The notes below the pieces were generated by a model, which saw only the letters and a list, made by a program, of their open reading frames with translations, made no database searches and was not told the origin of the DNA. This document shows positions 23,794 to 35,750 of a stretch of DNA of 62,104 nucleotides, piece after piece. How positions within the stretch are numbered: the stretch's first letter is position 1; every line of letters starts with the position of its first letter. The stretch covers positions 1-62,104 of the forward strand of contig NIVC01003198.1 in NCBI GenBank assembly GCA_002269645.1. Reading direction: 5' to 3'. The translations under genes and the position numbers were made by a program. This stretch comes from Macrostomum lignano (Eukaryota).

Positions 23794-25665
23794 ATGGCCT
23801 CACGAAATTTCAACAGGGAAATTCGGAAGAAACTGCTGGACTTTATTCATGTAGAAGGGGATTCTGAGGCTCATGAATTTAATAGTAGGCCTATGGATGC
23901 TGAAAGACAATTTGGCTCAATCTTGGATGAAGATGAAGGTGTTGAACCAACTGTATATATATCAGAGCTGGAGGATGATGCAGGCTCAGTGGACGAGTTT
24001 ATGGACGACAACATCATTGATGATGAGCCAGAGCCTGATTTCGCGCATCAGCTGCTGCTTTTTTATCTACTGTTTAACATCCCTGTGAGAGCAATGAATT
24101 ACTTGCTGCGACTGTTGGTTTCTAACGGTTGCCAGGTGCCAGCTACTTTGCATCTTTTGAAAAAGCCACTTTCTAAATTTAAAACACAAGTGGAAACCAT
24201 GGGAACAGGTCAATTTGCTTACGTTGGGATATTCGAAAACATTAAATACTGCGTGGATAGGATGATGTTGCCATCAAGTCTTTTCGACTCGACTGAGATA
24301 AAACTTAATCTCAAGTTGAATTGTGATGGTCTGCCACTCTTCAAGAGCAGCAAAATAACTCTGTGGCCAATACTAGTGCAGTTTGAGCATATTCGACAGC
24401 CATTTCCTGTTGCCTCATTTTGTGGACTAGGTCTGCCCCCTCTGCTTGATTACCTCGAACAACTGACTAATGAGCTCTCAATCCTGCAGACTACAGGAAT
24501 TCAGTATAAGGATCATAAATTCAAGGTTGAAAAGATCAGCTTCATTTGTGACACGCCTGCCCGTTCCTTTATTCAGGGAACGAAAGGACATGCTGGCTAC
24601 AGTAGTTGTTGTTGGTGCAGAACAACTGGGGAATACATTCATGGGCGTGTTGTGTTTCCATCATTCTGCGAATTGCGAACAAATGAGGACTACGCCACCA
24701 TGAATGAAAATAACCAAACAATACGGTCTCCATTGCTGTCAGTTGTTCCTTTTACCACTGCCTTTCCACCTGATTTTATGCACATGGTTTGTCTAGGTAT
24801 TATGAAAAAGCTAATGAAACTCTACACATCGGGAGTCAAAGGTCTTCGTGCAGCATGTAGACTTTCATTAGAACAAGTTAAGCGGATCAACAGTGAAATT
24901 TCCTACTTGCGTTGCTATGTTCCAAGAGAATTCAGCCGCAAGCCAAGACTTCTACATGATCTTAAGCATTACAAAGCGTCCGAGTTTCGCAACTATCTGC
25001 TCTATTGGGGCCCAGTACTTCTCCAGAAAGAACTACAGGCCCCGTACTATGAGCACTTCCTCCTACTTCATTTCGCAACGTACGTCTATTCGTCACCTAA
25101 ACTTCGGCACCTGTTCCCGGCTGCTAGAGCGTGCATTCAGCGGTTTCTTTTTGACATTCGCCGTCTCTTTCACGAGAGCCTTTACACAGTAAATTTTCAT
25201 GGCCTATTTCATCTACCAGACTTTGTAGAAATGCACGGGTCACTGTTGGAGATGTCAGCATTCCCATTTGAAAACTTTTTGGGACTACTCAAACGCCGGA
25301 TTAGAGCTTCAAGGCATATATTTTCGCAGTCAGTAAACCAACTAAGGAATGTCCGTGCTATATATGCTGACGCAGAATTAAACAACATCTATTTCTCACC
25401 AGAGTCACCTAACAACTGTGCTATTCTGCCAGATGGAAGAATTGTTGTAGTTTCAAATGTCACAGCATCTGGCCATGTGGATGGGACTGTACTGGAATTA
25501 ACTAGACACTTGTACCAGTTTGACAATAGTCGTTTTTCATCTAGTTTGTTGGGCATTGGATACTATCGACGGACAAGAGTACGTGTTTATGAATCGATTC
25601 CTGCAAACAAGGCAATCTGCATTCCTCGACAACAAGAGTTTCTAGTTTTGCCCTTCGTTCCGTGA
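23794..25665 (+). CDS. CMC/EnSpm-type transposase, 623 aa, intact ORF
   Basis: Motifs LNCDGLPLFKSS..LWPIL, FICDTPARSFI.GTKGH.GY..C..C, PDFMHMVCLG, PREFSRKPR....YKASEFR, NFHGLFHL, SAFPFEN. Confidence 0.9.
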   Translation: MASRNFNREIRKKLLDFIHVEGDSEAHEFNSRPMDAERQFGSILDEDEGVEPTVYISELEDDAGSVDEFMDDNIIDDEPEPDFAHQLLLFYLLFNIPVRAMNYLLRLLVSNGCQVPATLHLLKKPLSKFKTQVETMGTGQFAYVGIFENIKYCVDRMMLPSSLFDSTEIKLNLKLNCDGLPLFKSSKITLWPILVQFEHIRQPFPVASFCGLGLPPLLDYLEQLTNELSILQTTGIQYKDHKFKVEKISFICDTPARSFIQGTKGHAGYSSCCWCRTTGEYIHGRVVFPSFCELRTNEDYATMNENNQTIRSPLLSVVPFTTAFPPDFMHMVCLGIMKKLMKLYTSGVKGLRAACRLSLEQVKRINSEISYLRCYVPREFSRKPRLLHDLKHYKASEFRNYLLYWGPVLLQKELQAPYYEHFLLLHFATYVYSSPKLRHLFPAARACIQRFLFDIRRLFHESLYTVNFHGLFHLPDFVEMHGSLLEMSAFPFENFLGLLKRRIRASRHIFSQSVNQLRNVRAIYADAELNNIYFSPESPNNCAILPDGRIVVVSNVTASGHVDGTVLELTRHLYQFDNSRFSSSLLGIGYYRRTRVRVYESIPANKAICIPRQQEFLVLPFVP

Positions 25666-25733
25666 CTAACATTTCAGTTCTCTGACTGCTCTACCTTCAA
25701 AGACTTTGTTACCTTGCTGCTATTTATAGAAAA

Positions 25734-27894
25734 TGATGTAACCGCCCTTGTCGCCTGTCCGCTCCGTAGAGAGACGGACGCATGACTAGAGGGGGCAATA
25801 ACCGTAGGCTGCCTATGACCGGGCAATGACCTGACGGACCTCCAGCACCAGACTGTCCCGCCCACATGATTGATAGCTTTGGTAGCGCTTTGTGACCAGA
25901 GGGCCAAGGACCCCACCTGTAGCCAAGGTGCAATAGTTGGCTGCCACCACTCTATGTGACCTGGCGCACCTAGGCTAGAGCCCCGCCTGGGATGGTTACC
26001 AGGAGATTTAGGCTAACAGGGGAGACACATGCAGCCGAGTACAGGGACTCTGCTTGGGGCATGATCGGGAACTCTGGGCTCAATCTGGAGGATTTCTCAG
26101 CAGGGGATCCTTTGTGGCTGTGAGCGAGGCTAACTGGCGACTTTGATTACTAAGAGTAGTATGAGACGAATATGTACTGTCTATAGTTTAGATTGCTCAG
26201 GGCGAAGGGACACGTCAGCATGGGGTTGCAACCTTCCTACTGCCATTCTGTGCCAAGACTCGCTAATCCCTCTACTGCACGCACACACGGCCCCGCAGCA
26301 CGCACTCACAGGCGGGCTTTGCAGGCTTTGATAATTAGCTTACCCAACTTCCTTATGCTTTGCCACCCCGGGAGAAAGGCTTAGCAAACCATGAGGGAAA
26401 TGATGGTGAAAGAGTGAATAATGAAGGAGTTAGTTAATAGTTAATAATTAGGCCCTTAGGCAAATAATCAGGCAATTAGGCGGCTTCACTATTGAGTAAA
26501 TACAGCAAGAAGTTACGGTATCACAGTTGGCTCAGCTCTCTAATCAGACAATGGAAAATAGGCAAACCCCGGATAAGCAAGGCGATTAGAGCACAAATTT
26601 GTGACAGGAACTTACCGGCAGCTGCACAGAGAGAGAGAGAGAGAGGCGGAGTGACCGAGGGCGGCTGTAGGCTGCAGTCAGGCAGACGGTGAAGCGGCGA
26701 TGCGCTGAAGCGACGAGGCGCTGATGTAGATCAGGCGATGCTGATGATGCTGGGCGGTATCAGACCGCGGGCCGATAGGCGAGCTCACTTTGAGAGCTGA
26801 AGATAACTTGGCGGTAACAGACCGCGGACCGGCAGGGATTCGCCTTATAGACGAATGGGTCAGAACTCAGTCTGACAGCAAGTCTAAAGAAAGACTAGGA
26901 GCCCGAAGGTGGGCAAAAGAAACTGAGGATTCTCATGCCGAAATCGCGTCCTTTTATAGCCTCCTCAGCCGCCGCTCCAAGGTCGTTTCCATGACTCCCT
27001 CTCTGATTGGCTGCCGGCAGAATGACGTCAGAATGAGTCATGATGAGAAGCATGAGACCGGCATAGCAACATGAGAAATAGAGAAATTGCGCAATCCGAA
27101 GGTGGGGTGGGGGGATAATTGGCGCAGCGGGTGGTCGCGAAAGTGTTGCGCAAGCAAACATTGAGAACAATGGGGTAGGGTCGAGAACAAAGGAATTGGA
27201 AATCGGGGATAATTGGGGAGAATCGAGAACAATGGAAAAGTAAACATTGGGGAAAAGGTGATAATTAGGTGCGAAAACGAGAACAAAAGAAAGAGAAAAT
27301 TGGAGAAAATGTGATAATTGGTGGGGGTCGAGAGAACGAAAGAATCAAAACCGAGATCAATAGAAGCGGAGGTGGGGTGGGTGTCGCATGAGAAATTTGG
27401 GGAGGAGAACAATGGCGTGAGAAAAGGTTGCGCAAGAGAGGGGGATGAGTCATCGATGAGTCACCGAGGGGGAGAAGGGGTCACACGACTTGCGTCACCG
27501 TTTGGGAGTTTGAGAGGGGATGGGGAGACGGTGAGCACACAAAATACTGTAAGTAGACACAGAGAAAGAGGGGACAGCGCAGGATAAGAGTGCAGAGGGA
27601 GACAAAAAGAGGGGAGATAGGGAAAGTACAAGAAGACTAGGGCGGAAAACAGAAGAGATAGGGTAGAGGGGGAGGTACAGAGGGGGATAGGGGGCTCCGG
27701 AAAGGCAGGTGTGGCGGCAGGGGAGACGGAACCAAGGCAGCAGGGGGGGGGGGGTCGCAGCAGAGCGGGAGTCTCCAGGCCTGGTCGGAGACCTGGCCGA
27801 GTCTCGACAGCTCTGTGCCGGGGGTGCACGGGATAGGGGGCACTTTCGAAAAAGTTCCCATGCCATATCCCGCGACCAGAGCGTGGTTACATCA
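25734..27894. mobile_element. Nested TG...CA element (2161 bp), long solo LTR or non-autonomous LTR derivative
   Basis: 10-bp TIR TGATGTAACC/GGTTACATCA, flanked by AAAA on both sides (weak TSD evidence). No credible ORF. Confidence 0.65.
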
Positions 27895-27997
27895 AAAAGT
27901 AGTACTGCATTTAATCAATGTAACCCTTTGCTTTACGTATGTAAACACTCACGCAATAAGAATGTACTGCTATAGCAAAAAATTATCTTATGTGTCG

Positions 27998-28076
<79 letters not shown>
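27998..28076. repeat. (GTCT)n microsatellite, ~20 units
   Basis: Read directly from the sequence. Confidence 0.98.
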
Positions 28077-28077
<1 letters not shown>

Positions 28078-29052
28078 TACTTAGTGTCTCTCTGTCTCGA
28101 TGAATCTCTTTCTCCCTCACCTATCTCTATATAAAAGCACGCTTTCAATTGAGCTGAATGCCTTTGCCAGTACGTGTCAATGTGGTCAATGTGTGCATCA
28201 ATGTAGCTATATTCATTGCGCGTCCCTCAATCAAAAAGTTTATTTCTTTTTGTATGCAAAAACGCAGTTTTGTACTCGTGGCAAATTTATTTATCTGTAG
28301 TTTTTACTCTTTTTATTTAACTTAGACTTATATTGTTATGAAACTATTCCATCAAACTGTACCGTCGTTTTTGACTATATATACACTCTAAGTATTAAAC
28401 AATATTTATTTGTTAATCCTGAATTATTACCTGGCTTAGGTTATCTGATAAAGTTACTAATCAGGTAATACAACTTTGCAGTTAAACGGCCTGTCAAACG
28501 CTCAGGCATCCCTCATCGTCTCTCTCTCTCTCTATCTATACAGTGCTATTTACTGCAAGACAAAGCTTTTATAGTGCTTCCAAGGCTGTGCCATCTCGCC
28601 TCTTGAGTTTCTACTCCAGCTTGAGCAGGTACTAAATCACAGCAGGGTGGACTAGGGCAACTGATTATTAGTTACTCGCTCAGTGTGAATACGAGCCTTG
28701 TACTATGGGGGTCACGTAAATTGAATGTACAAACCACTGGAGGTTGCTAAATCTGCAAGACAACAAGGCGCCGGTACAGCCTATTGGGCAGCATTTCCCA
28801 TTATTGGCAACAATTTTGACCAAACGCGAATGTTTTCTTTGTTCATGCGTTTCGTAGTTAATTTAATATCTTTATTCATATTCGTTGGTTGTTGTAATTG
28901 CAAATTAAAAATACATCAGGGCCTGAGTAGATTGAATGCAAAGCCCGCTGCACCTAGTCTTATTTTTTGCTAATTTTTTCTATTGCATAGATGCAAACTT
29001 AGACGTTTATTAGCTGCCAATTACATTGCTGTCATTTATCGGTACTCTTCAG

Positions 29053-31937
29053 ATGAGCCTGCCCTACTTATACCTCGTTGAATTTGAATGCGACAGACGA
29101 CTGAGCATACTCACGGAAGACAACGTACTAACAAATGCTCGAGATGTACTTGTTTCGCCAGGTATGTTATAGTTCCCTTGATATCGACATGACCATTCTA
29201 ACATTTACCAGTGTCTAAATGTACAGTAATCTGCTATTTCAGCATCTGATGAGCATCCCATTGACGTCTTTTACCAAGATACAACATATCGCGCTTTCTG
29301 TCGCGGCATCTGTGAGTGCTTCTAGAATTCATTTATTTTAGTTTAGTTTAGATCGGAAGTCTTTATAAAAATTAAAACTATTTTTCCAGCCACAGAAAGA
29401 CCACAACTAGTGACCATAATGAAACGGTTGTGCATGGAAAAGGAAGCTAATCGAATTGCTCACAAGAACGGATCACAAGTGAATCGTTCGAGTTTCGGGC
29501 GGATATCTGTGCCGTCACATCGTTTTGGAACAACATCATCCGATGAGACAGCAGATGAAACCGATGTGCATTCTGCTGGGAGCCCATTTGAAGCGCCGGT
29601 TTCTAGGAAGCCTGCACCTGAATCCAGACCTATGCTTCCAGATCCGTTGCTCCTGTTACGCAATCAACAGCACAGCGCGTGTTTGCCGCCACATGTTTCG
29701 TGCAGTTCTGGCCCATCTGATTTCCAAAATATCATGCACAACGGAGGAGTTGTCCCACAAACCTCCAACAGTGGTGATTCTCTCCTCCGAGAACTAACTG
29801 GAGACCTGCGGGTCACGCCACATTCGTCGGTTTCAAGCGGGAATCATCCGGTTCGGGATCATCAGGGCCGTTTCCATTTGGAGACACAAACAATAGTGAG
29901 CAAGTGGGAGAAAGACTTCCGTTCCGCTGGATTGGACCTTTACTCCAACAGAGGTAATGCAAATCGAAATCGTGCTGTAGAAACTTCATGATAAAGTACT
30001 CGTACATGCGTTGTTCTTGTTCGTGCAGGAATAGTGCATCTACTCGCCCACGTGGTGCGCGACATCAAGATGGTTTCAAAGAACCAGTCGACCACCTCAT
30101 CTGACGCCGCTGAGTCTCCGTCACTGGTACATATAGATGATTCACTTGGTGACCTTCCGATGAAAAATGTATCTGAATACCAGAGCTTCTGTCGGAAGCT
30201 ACAAGAATCTGGTTTCCGGAACGCTATAGTAAGTCAATTCATGTCTCAATACTTTTATCAAATGTTTATGGGCGCAAAATTGCTTCATATTTCATGAGTT
30301 TAACATCATTTTAAATAAATATCACGAAATATTATGCTGCATGCATGAAAAAGTTCTTTGGTACGGTAAATATAAAAATGACTGATGTTGCAGGTGACTC
30401 AAACGCGCGTCCTTTTACAGATTTCGAAGCTACGACGCCTTGGTGGCAACAATGCTGAAGCCCACACAGCAAGAATAATGGACTTTCTGCTGTCAAGAAA
30501 GTTTCAACAGGCTTTCAATCGGTCTGGTAGGGATTATTCGCAAGCACGAAAAACAAGTGGCAATAAGCTATCATTTGCCAAAACCTTGGAACCGATCGTC
30601 ATTTGTAAGTTAATGTTATGAACTAATGCTCCTGCCAAACCTTTGCTTAGGAATTTATACGTATCATTTCCAAATGTACTTCGTATATTTATATTTACCC
30701 TTTAATGTACCACTAATGTGCACTACTAATATATTTACAGGGGCGTCACCAACGGGGGGGACAGGGGGGACGTGTCCCCTCCAGTAAAATATCTGGGGGG
30801 GGGCATGCCAATGCTTTGTCCCCCACCCCCACCTTGTGGCCCGTTATTAATTTTTGCTGCATGGTGACAAAATAGCACCTGCGGAGCTAAAATGAGTGCC
30901 TGCAGTGCTAAAATGAGTGTCTGCAGTGCTAAAATGAGTGCCTGTGGCGCTAAAATAAGTGCCTAAGGCGCTAAAATGAGTGCCTAAGGCGCTAAAATGA
31001 GTACCTGCGGAGCTAAAATGAGTGCCTGCAGTGCTAAAATGAGTGTCTGCAGTGCTAAAATGAGTGCCTGTGGCGCTAAAATAAGTGCCTAAGGCGCTAA
31101 AATGAGTGCCTGCGGAGCTAAAATGAGTGCCTGCAGTGCTAAAATGAGTGCCTGCAGCGCTAAAATGAGTGCCTGTGGCGCTAAAATAAGTGCCTAAGGC
31201 GCTAAAATGAGTGCCTGCGGAGCTAAAATGAGTGCCTGCAGTGCTAAAATGAGTGCTTGCAGTGCTAAAATGAGTGCCTGTGGCGCTAAAATAAGTGCCT
31301 AAGGCGCTAAAATGAGTGCCTGTGGCGCTAAAATAAGTGCCTGCAGTGCTAAAATGAGTGTCTGCAGTGCTAAAATGAGTGCCTGTGGCGCTAAAATAAG
31401 TGCCTAAGGCGCTAAAATGAGTGCCTGCGGAGCTAAAATGAGTGCCTGCAGTGCTAAAATGAGTGTCTGCAGTGCTAAAATGAGTGCCTGTGGCGCTAAA
31501 ATAAGTGTCTGCGGCGCTAAAATGAGTGCCTGTGGCGCTAAAATAAGTGTCTGCGGCGCTAAAATGAGTGCCTGCGGAGCTAAAATGAGTGCCTGCAGTG
31601 CTAAAATTAGTGCTGACAACACCGATTCTGAAAATAATGTACATGTAGGCATTTCGTCGTGTACATGTGCATATAGAATTCTTGGCTTTGTCCCCCCCAC
31701 CATAAAATCCATGGCGACGCCTCTGTCTATTTACCTGTAATTGTATTTCCATGCAGTTAAAACGATGTCACAAAAAGTACTCGCGTGCCTACGTGTAAAA
31801 TGCAGTGAATTTATTTGCTTTCAGTGGCCGTAACCAAGGCGTTTCCGCAAGCTTCTGAGGAGCGAATCACTCAAAAGATTAAGCGAATGCTGAAAGATTC
31901 AAAAGTGAGGGCCACGTCAAAGCGACATGAGGAGTGA
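29053..31937 (+). CDS. Second gene of the CMC element (TnpA-like accessory protein, DUF4806/BEN-like C-terminus), 6 coding exons
   Basis: Exons 29053-29161, 29243-29311, 29390-29953, 30029-30228, 30421-30604 and 31825-31937 all have GT-AG sites and compatible phases. Starts MSLPYLYLVEFECDRRLSIL; C-terminal LRRLGG...ARIMDFLLS...AVTKAFPQASEERITQKIKRMLKDSK. Confidence 0.75.
30738..31725. mobile_element. hAT-like MITE in the last intron of the CMC second gene
   Basis: TIR caggggcgtcacca / tggcgacgcctctg. 8-bp TSD tatattta/tctattta (7 of 8 match). Confidence 0.8.
30878..31612. repeat. 21-bp minisatellite, ~35 copies, inside the MITE
   Basis: Unit (c/t)ctgcngngctaaaat(g/a)agtg with variants. Confidence 0.95.
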
Positions 31938-34129
31938 ATTTAAGGGAGTGCTTAGATGTCTGCATCATGATACGTTTTTAAATACGAACTAATACTCATA
32001 TATGCTTCTCAAAGACGCTGGATATCAAAGTCCATTCATCATAAATTTCTTAGTTTTTAGTTTTTCCGACTTTTTGCGCTGTCTTTTCTAATCGTTGTAA
32101 TTGTTTTGTTAATTTATATACCAAAGCTTCTCTTTACTGCGCTCGTAGTTTCTTTAAAAATAAACCATATTTCAGCTTTTTGTGTTCCATTTTATGCGGT
32201 TATTTTGTTCTGATTTAATGCCGCGTATTCAAAAGATATACTACATGAAGTCACCCTCGTATTGAATATTTAAATTAAGTTATTTATTTAAAGAATTTTT
32301 TTTGTTTTGAGGCCACATTCAGAGGCGAAAATCAAGGAAGTATCGCGAAATTTAGGCCGAAAAACTCGACTTCGAATCGACGTCGAATCACCGGGACATC
32401 ATTCGACGTCGATTCGACTTAAAATTTTCGAAGTCGATTCGACGTCGATTTTTACACCGGGCACTAACAATTAATTAATCCATAACTGTGAAATATCCTT
32501 TAACTCACTCCAAGCTTTAGCCCTTATTTATGGACTAATAGGTGTCAGGGTTAATAAGTGTTGCCTAACTGATTATGGCTGTGGATAATTTTATGCTACT
32601 ATTATTATTATTATTATTTTACTCGTATTATATCATAACTACTATTTCATGTCTAGTCAGTTATCCTCAAGATTTTAATATGCATACTAATTATTCACAT
32701 AAACTAATATATCGATATACGAGGTTACCGCTGTCCCCATCCGGATATGCCTGTCTCTGTCTACCTGTGTCGCAACGCTTATTGCGCAGCAGCCGAAAAA
32801 GCACTTCAACATACAGAGTCTAATATTGACGTCTTGAATTTTACTTTTAAAGCGACAGTATTAGTGTAAACCTCTAGACGAAGAATAAAAAATGCCTTAG
32901 TTAGAGATTGTGTTTGCTGAATTTTTACTGTCTACTAAAATTTTACTTGCACTTTAGGTTATTCGCCTAAATCTGTGGAATAGCTTCCCAAAATCTAAGC
33001 GAATGATTATCCAGTTAAGCCACTAAGTAATAATTCAGACGTCAAATTACAATAGCTAACTTTTTGGCAGTTTTTAAAACCGTTGAAATCTGTTTTGATT
33101 TTTCCGGGCTTTGGTTTGGTTTGCAGTTCATTGATTTTTTCGGTACTTTTGCAATTCTATAGCCAGTTTATGTTAGTTTTAAAACAGTTAAAATCTGTTT
33201 TCATTTTTCGAGTCTCTGCTTTACAGTTTTCCTTTTTCGGTAATTTTGCAATTCTAGCCAGTGTTTATGGCAGTTTTTAAACACTGCAGTTGAAATTTGT
33301 TTTTAGCGCGTATTTTTAGTCTCTGGTTTACAGTTTGTTTTTTTCTCGCGGTAGGTTTGTTAGTCAAGCCATTTTTTGGCAGTTAGCTATTACCGGTTTA
33401 TTAACCATAACTCATAACTGCAATATCCTGTGAACTCCCTCCACGCTTTAGCCCTTATGTATGCACTAATAGGTGGGCAGGGTTAATAAGTGTTGCTTCA
33501 CTGATTATGGCTGTGGATAATTTTTGGCTACTAATATTTTTATCATCATATTAATTATAAACTAATATATCGATATAAGATTAACGCTATCCCCATCTGG
33601 ATATGTCTACCTGTGTCGCAACGCTTATTGCGCAGCCGAAAAAAGCTTCAACAGAGTCTAATATTGATGTCTTGAATATTACTTTTTAAGCAACAGTATT
33701 ACTGTTGGTAGTACTACAGTAGCAGTAGTACTTCGCCCCTTCAACTGCACACACTTGTGCTTGCTGACCAACGTCAGCAAATGCACTCTGTTGGAATGAG
33801 GTCCTTCCCAGCTGCTTCACAAGGATGTAGAGAATGTGTCGTCAGTGGAATATCCATGCAAGATATCTCACTTTAAGATTTGCATCCAGTGCCTGTTCAA
33901 CACGACGATGTCCTCTTGGTTCCATTGTTGTTTCTCTCATAGCTCGTATTGGGACTATATAAATATCGGATTTTGAGCTCTATATCTTACAATTTCTCGT
34001 GCCAGATTCGCGCCAGTCGCCACAGCCTGATGAGCAGTGATGAATTGAGTTAGAAGCTGCTGACGAGACTATGGATGTGCCATCATTTGATTTTGCCCAC
34101 AGATACTAGAAGAACAACAATTGTTCTAG

Positions 34130-35745
34130 TATCTGTGATTTTGCCTATGAATTGGCCTTGTTTGTTCTGTTGTTCAATCTGTCTCGTGCCGCGGTGGAGT
34201 ACTTGCTTCGACTTCTTATTCGAATGGGTGTCAATGTTCCACCGTCTTTTTACCTATTGATGAAAGAAAATAGGCAGTGTGGCCCCTGTAGTGTCGCTAT
34301 ACCTGCGATGGTACTTTTTCTTACATGCATGTCCATTCGATAGCACATCAAGTTTTAGATAAATCGTTGCTTTGCCTTAACGCACTGCGTGTTAAATCAT
34401 CTGCCATTGCCATTGATGCCCTTATTAATATCGACGGATTGCCTCTTTGCAAGAGCATGCAGTTCTGCGTCTCTTCGGCCCATGCTAATCCAGTTTGAAG
34501 GCTCTCATATTTCCTCTTGCTTTGTTCTATGGGTTTTCGAAGCCAAAGGTAGATAAGTACCTGAACAATTTTGTCAACGAAGTCCTTCTGTTGAGGCAGA
34601 CTAGGTTTGAGTATAACGGTAAGCTTTTTAAGTTCGGTCATCTAACGTTCATTTGCGATGCTCCTGCGCGTGCTTTTATACAATATATCGCTGTTCATAC
34701 CTCTGCTAACGGTGTGACTATTGCCGAGTCATCGCCAAGAAAGAAAACAGTCGGATGCATGGTTTTCCCTGTGTCCGTTTCTGCATCTAGAGAGGATGCT
34801 AAAAAAGAAGAAAATAACCAGTAAAGATTGTCGCCGCTTTGTAGCATTGCATCCCTGTTGACTGATTTCCCAGTAGACTCTCAGCATTGCATTTGTCTTG
34901 GAATTTTTAGGCATCTGTGCCAGTTTCATTTTCAAAGAGTAAAGTCCTTTCGTCTTCGTTGTCGTATTTCCAGTGCTCAGCTAACTGCATTTTCTGACAG
35001 CATCGCTGCTTGCAGTAAGTATTTTCCCTGTGAGTTCCATGCGCTCCGAGGCGATGGGACAAGGAGCTGAGCAACTATAAAGGAACTGAATTTCGCTCTC
35101 TCATTCTTTACTGTGGCCCTTGTCTGTCCATGGTCCTATACTTGCCTGCCCATACTTTGAGCCTTTTCTCCTTCTACACTTTGCCTTTTTTGTCTTTACT
35201 TCCCATCAACTTAATCACTTGCACCGCAGCAGGCAGCCAGTGCCATTCAGTTGTTTGTTTTTCAGGCACGTGAGCTGTCTGGTTCTAGCTCAATTTTCTA
35301 CAATTTTCATATTCTTTTGTATCTTTTTGCATGACTTTGTCAAGCGTTATGGCCCCTTGGACAGTTTTTTTTTACTTTTTTGCTTTGTGAACTACCTGGT
35401 TAGTTTGAAGTGAAGACTCGGGCAAGTTCGAGGCATCTTCAGTCATGCAGTTGTGTCGGTAGGGATGCTGTGGCACTCAGAGAGTTGCATTCAGATAAGC
35501 GTAATCAGTGGGAATTTTCCTATAAGACCTCTGCACCAGACAACTGCGCTATTGTAAATGGCATGTACGTTTTGATTGATTTCATTAATGGTGATGGAAC
35601 TGTCACTGGATCATCTCTCTTGTATTTCAGCGGGACTTGTATGTTTACCCGCATAGCTCTCGTATCCTTAATATTGGCGTTTACGCACTTTCGCGGTCCA
35701 GAATTACGGGTGTACCACAGGGAAAGGCTATTACTTTTTCGAAGT
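34130..35745 (+). pseudogene. Decayed CMC/EnSpm transposase
   Basis: Fragments INIDGLPLCKS, FICDAPARAFIQ, PVDSQHCICLG, PCEF, YKGTEFR..ILYCGP, FLLLHFA and SAPDNCAIV occur in the same order as in 23794-25665, with many stops and frameshifts. Confidence 0.85.
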
Positions 35746-35750
35746 TAGCC

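Larger units (their letters stand above)
22119..32461 (+). mobile_element. Full-length CMC/EnSpm(CACTA)-type DNA transposon, 10.3 kb
   Basis: TIR CCCGGTGTAAAA(A/T)TCGACGTCGA at both ends, TCGA-rich subterminal repeats, 2-bp TSD CA. The joined flanks restore homology to ~9400-9470. Encodes a transposase and a second gene. Confidence 0.9.

Noticed and set aside
27038-28084. Many short ORFs on both strands
   Set aside because: They arise from purine skew and the (GTCT)n microsatellite and show no domain signal.
30847-31752. 301-aa ORF (and overlapping ORFs) of FSTAGTH repeats
   Set aside because: By-product of a stop-free 21-bp minisatellite inside a MITE.
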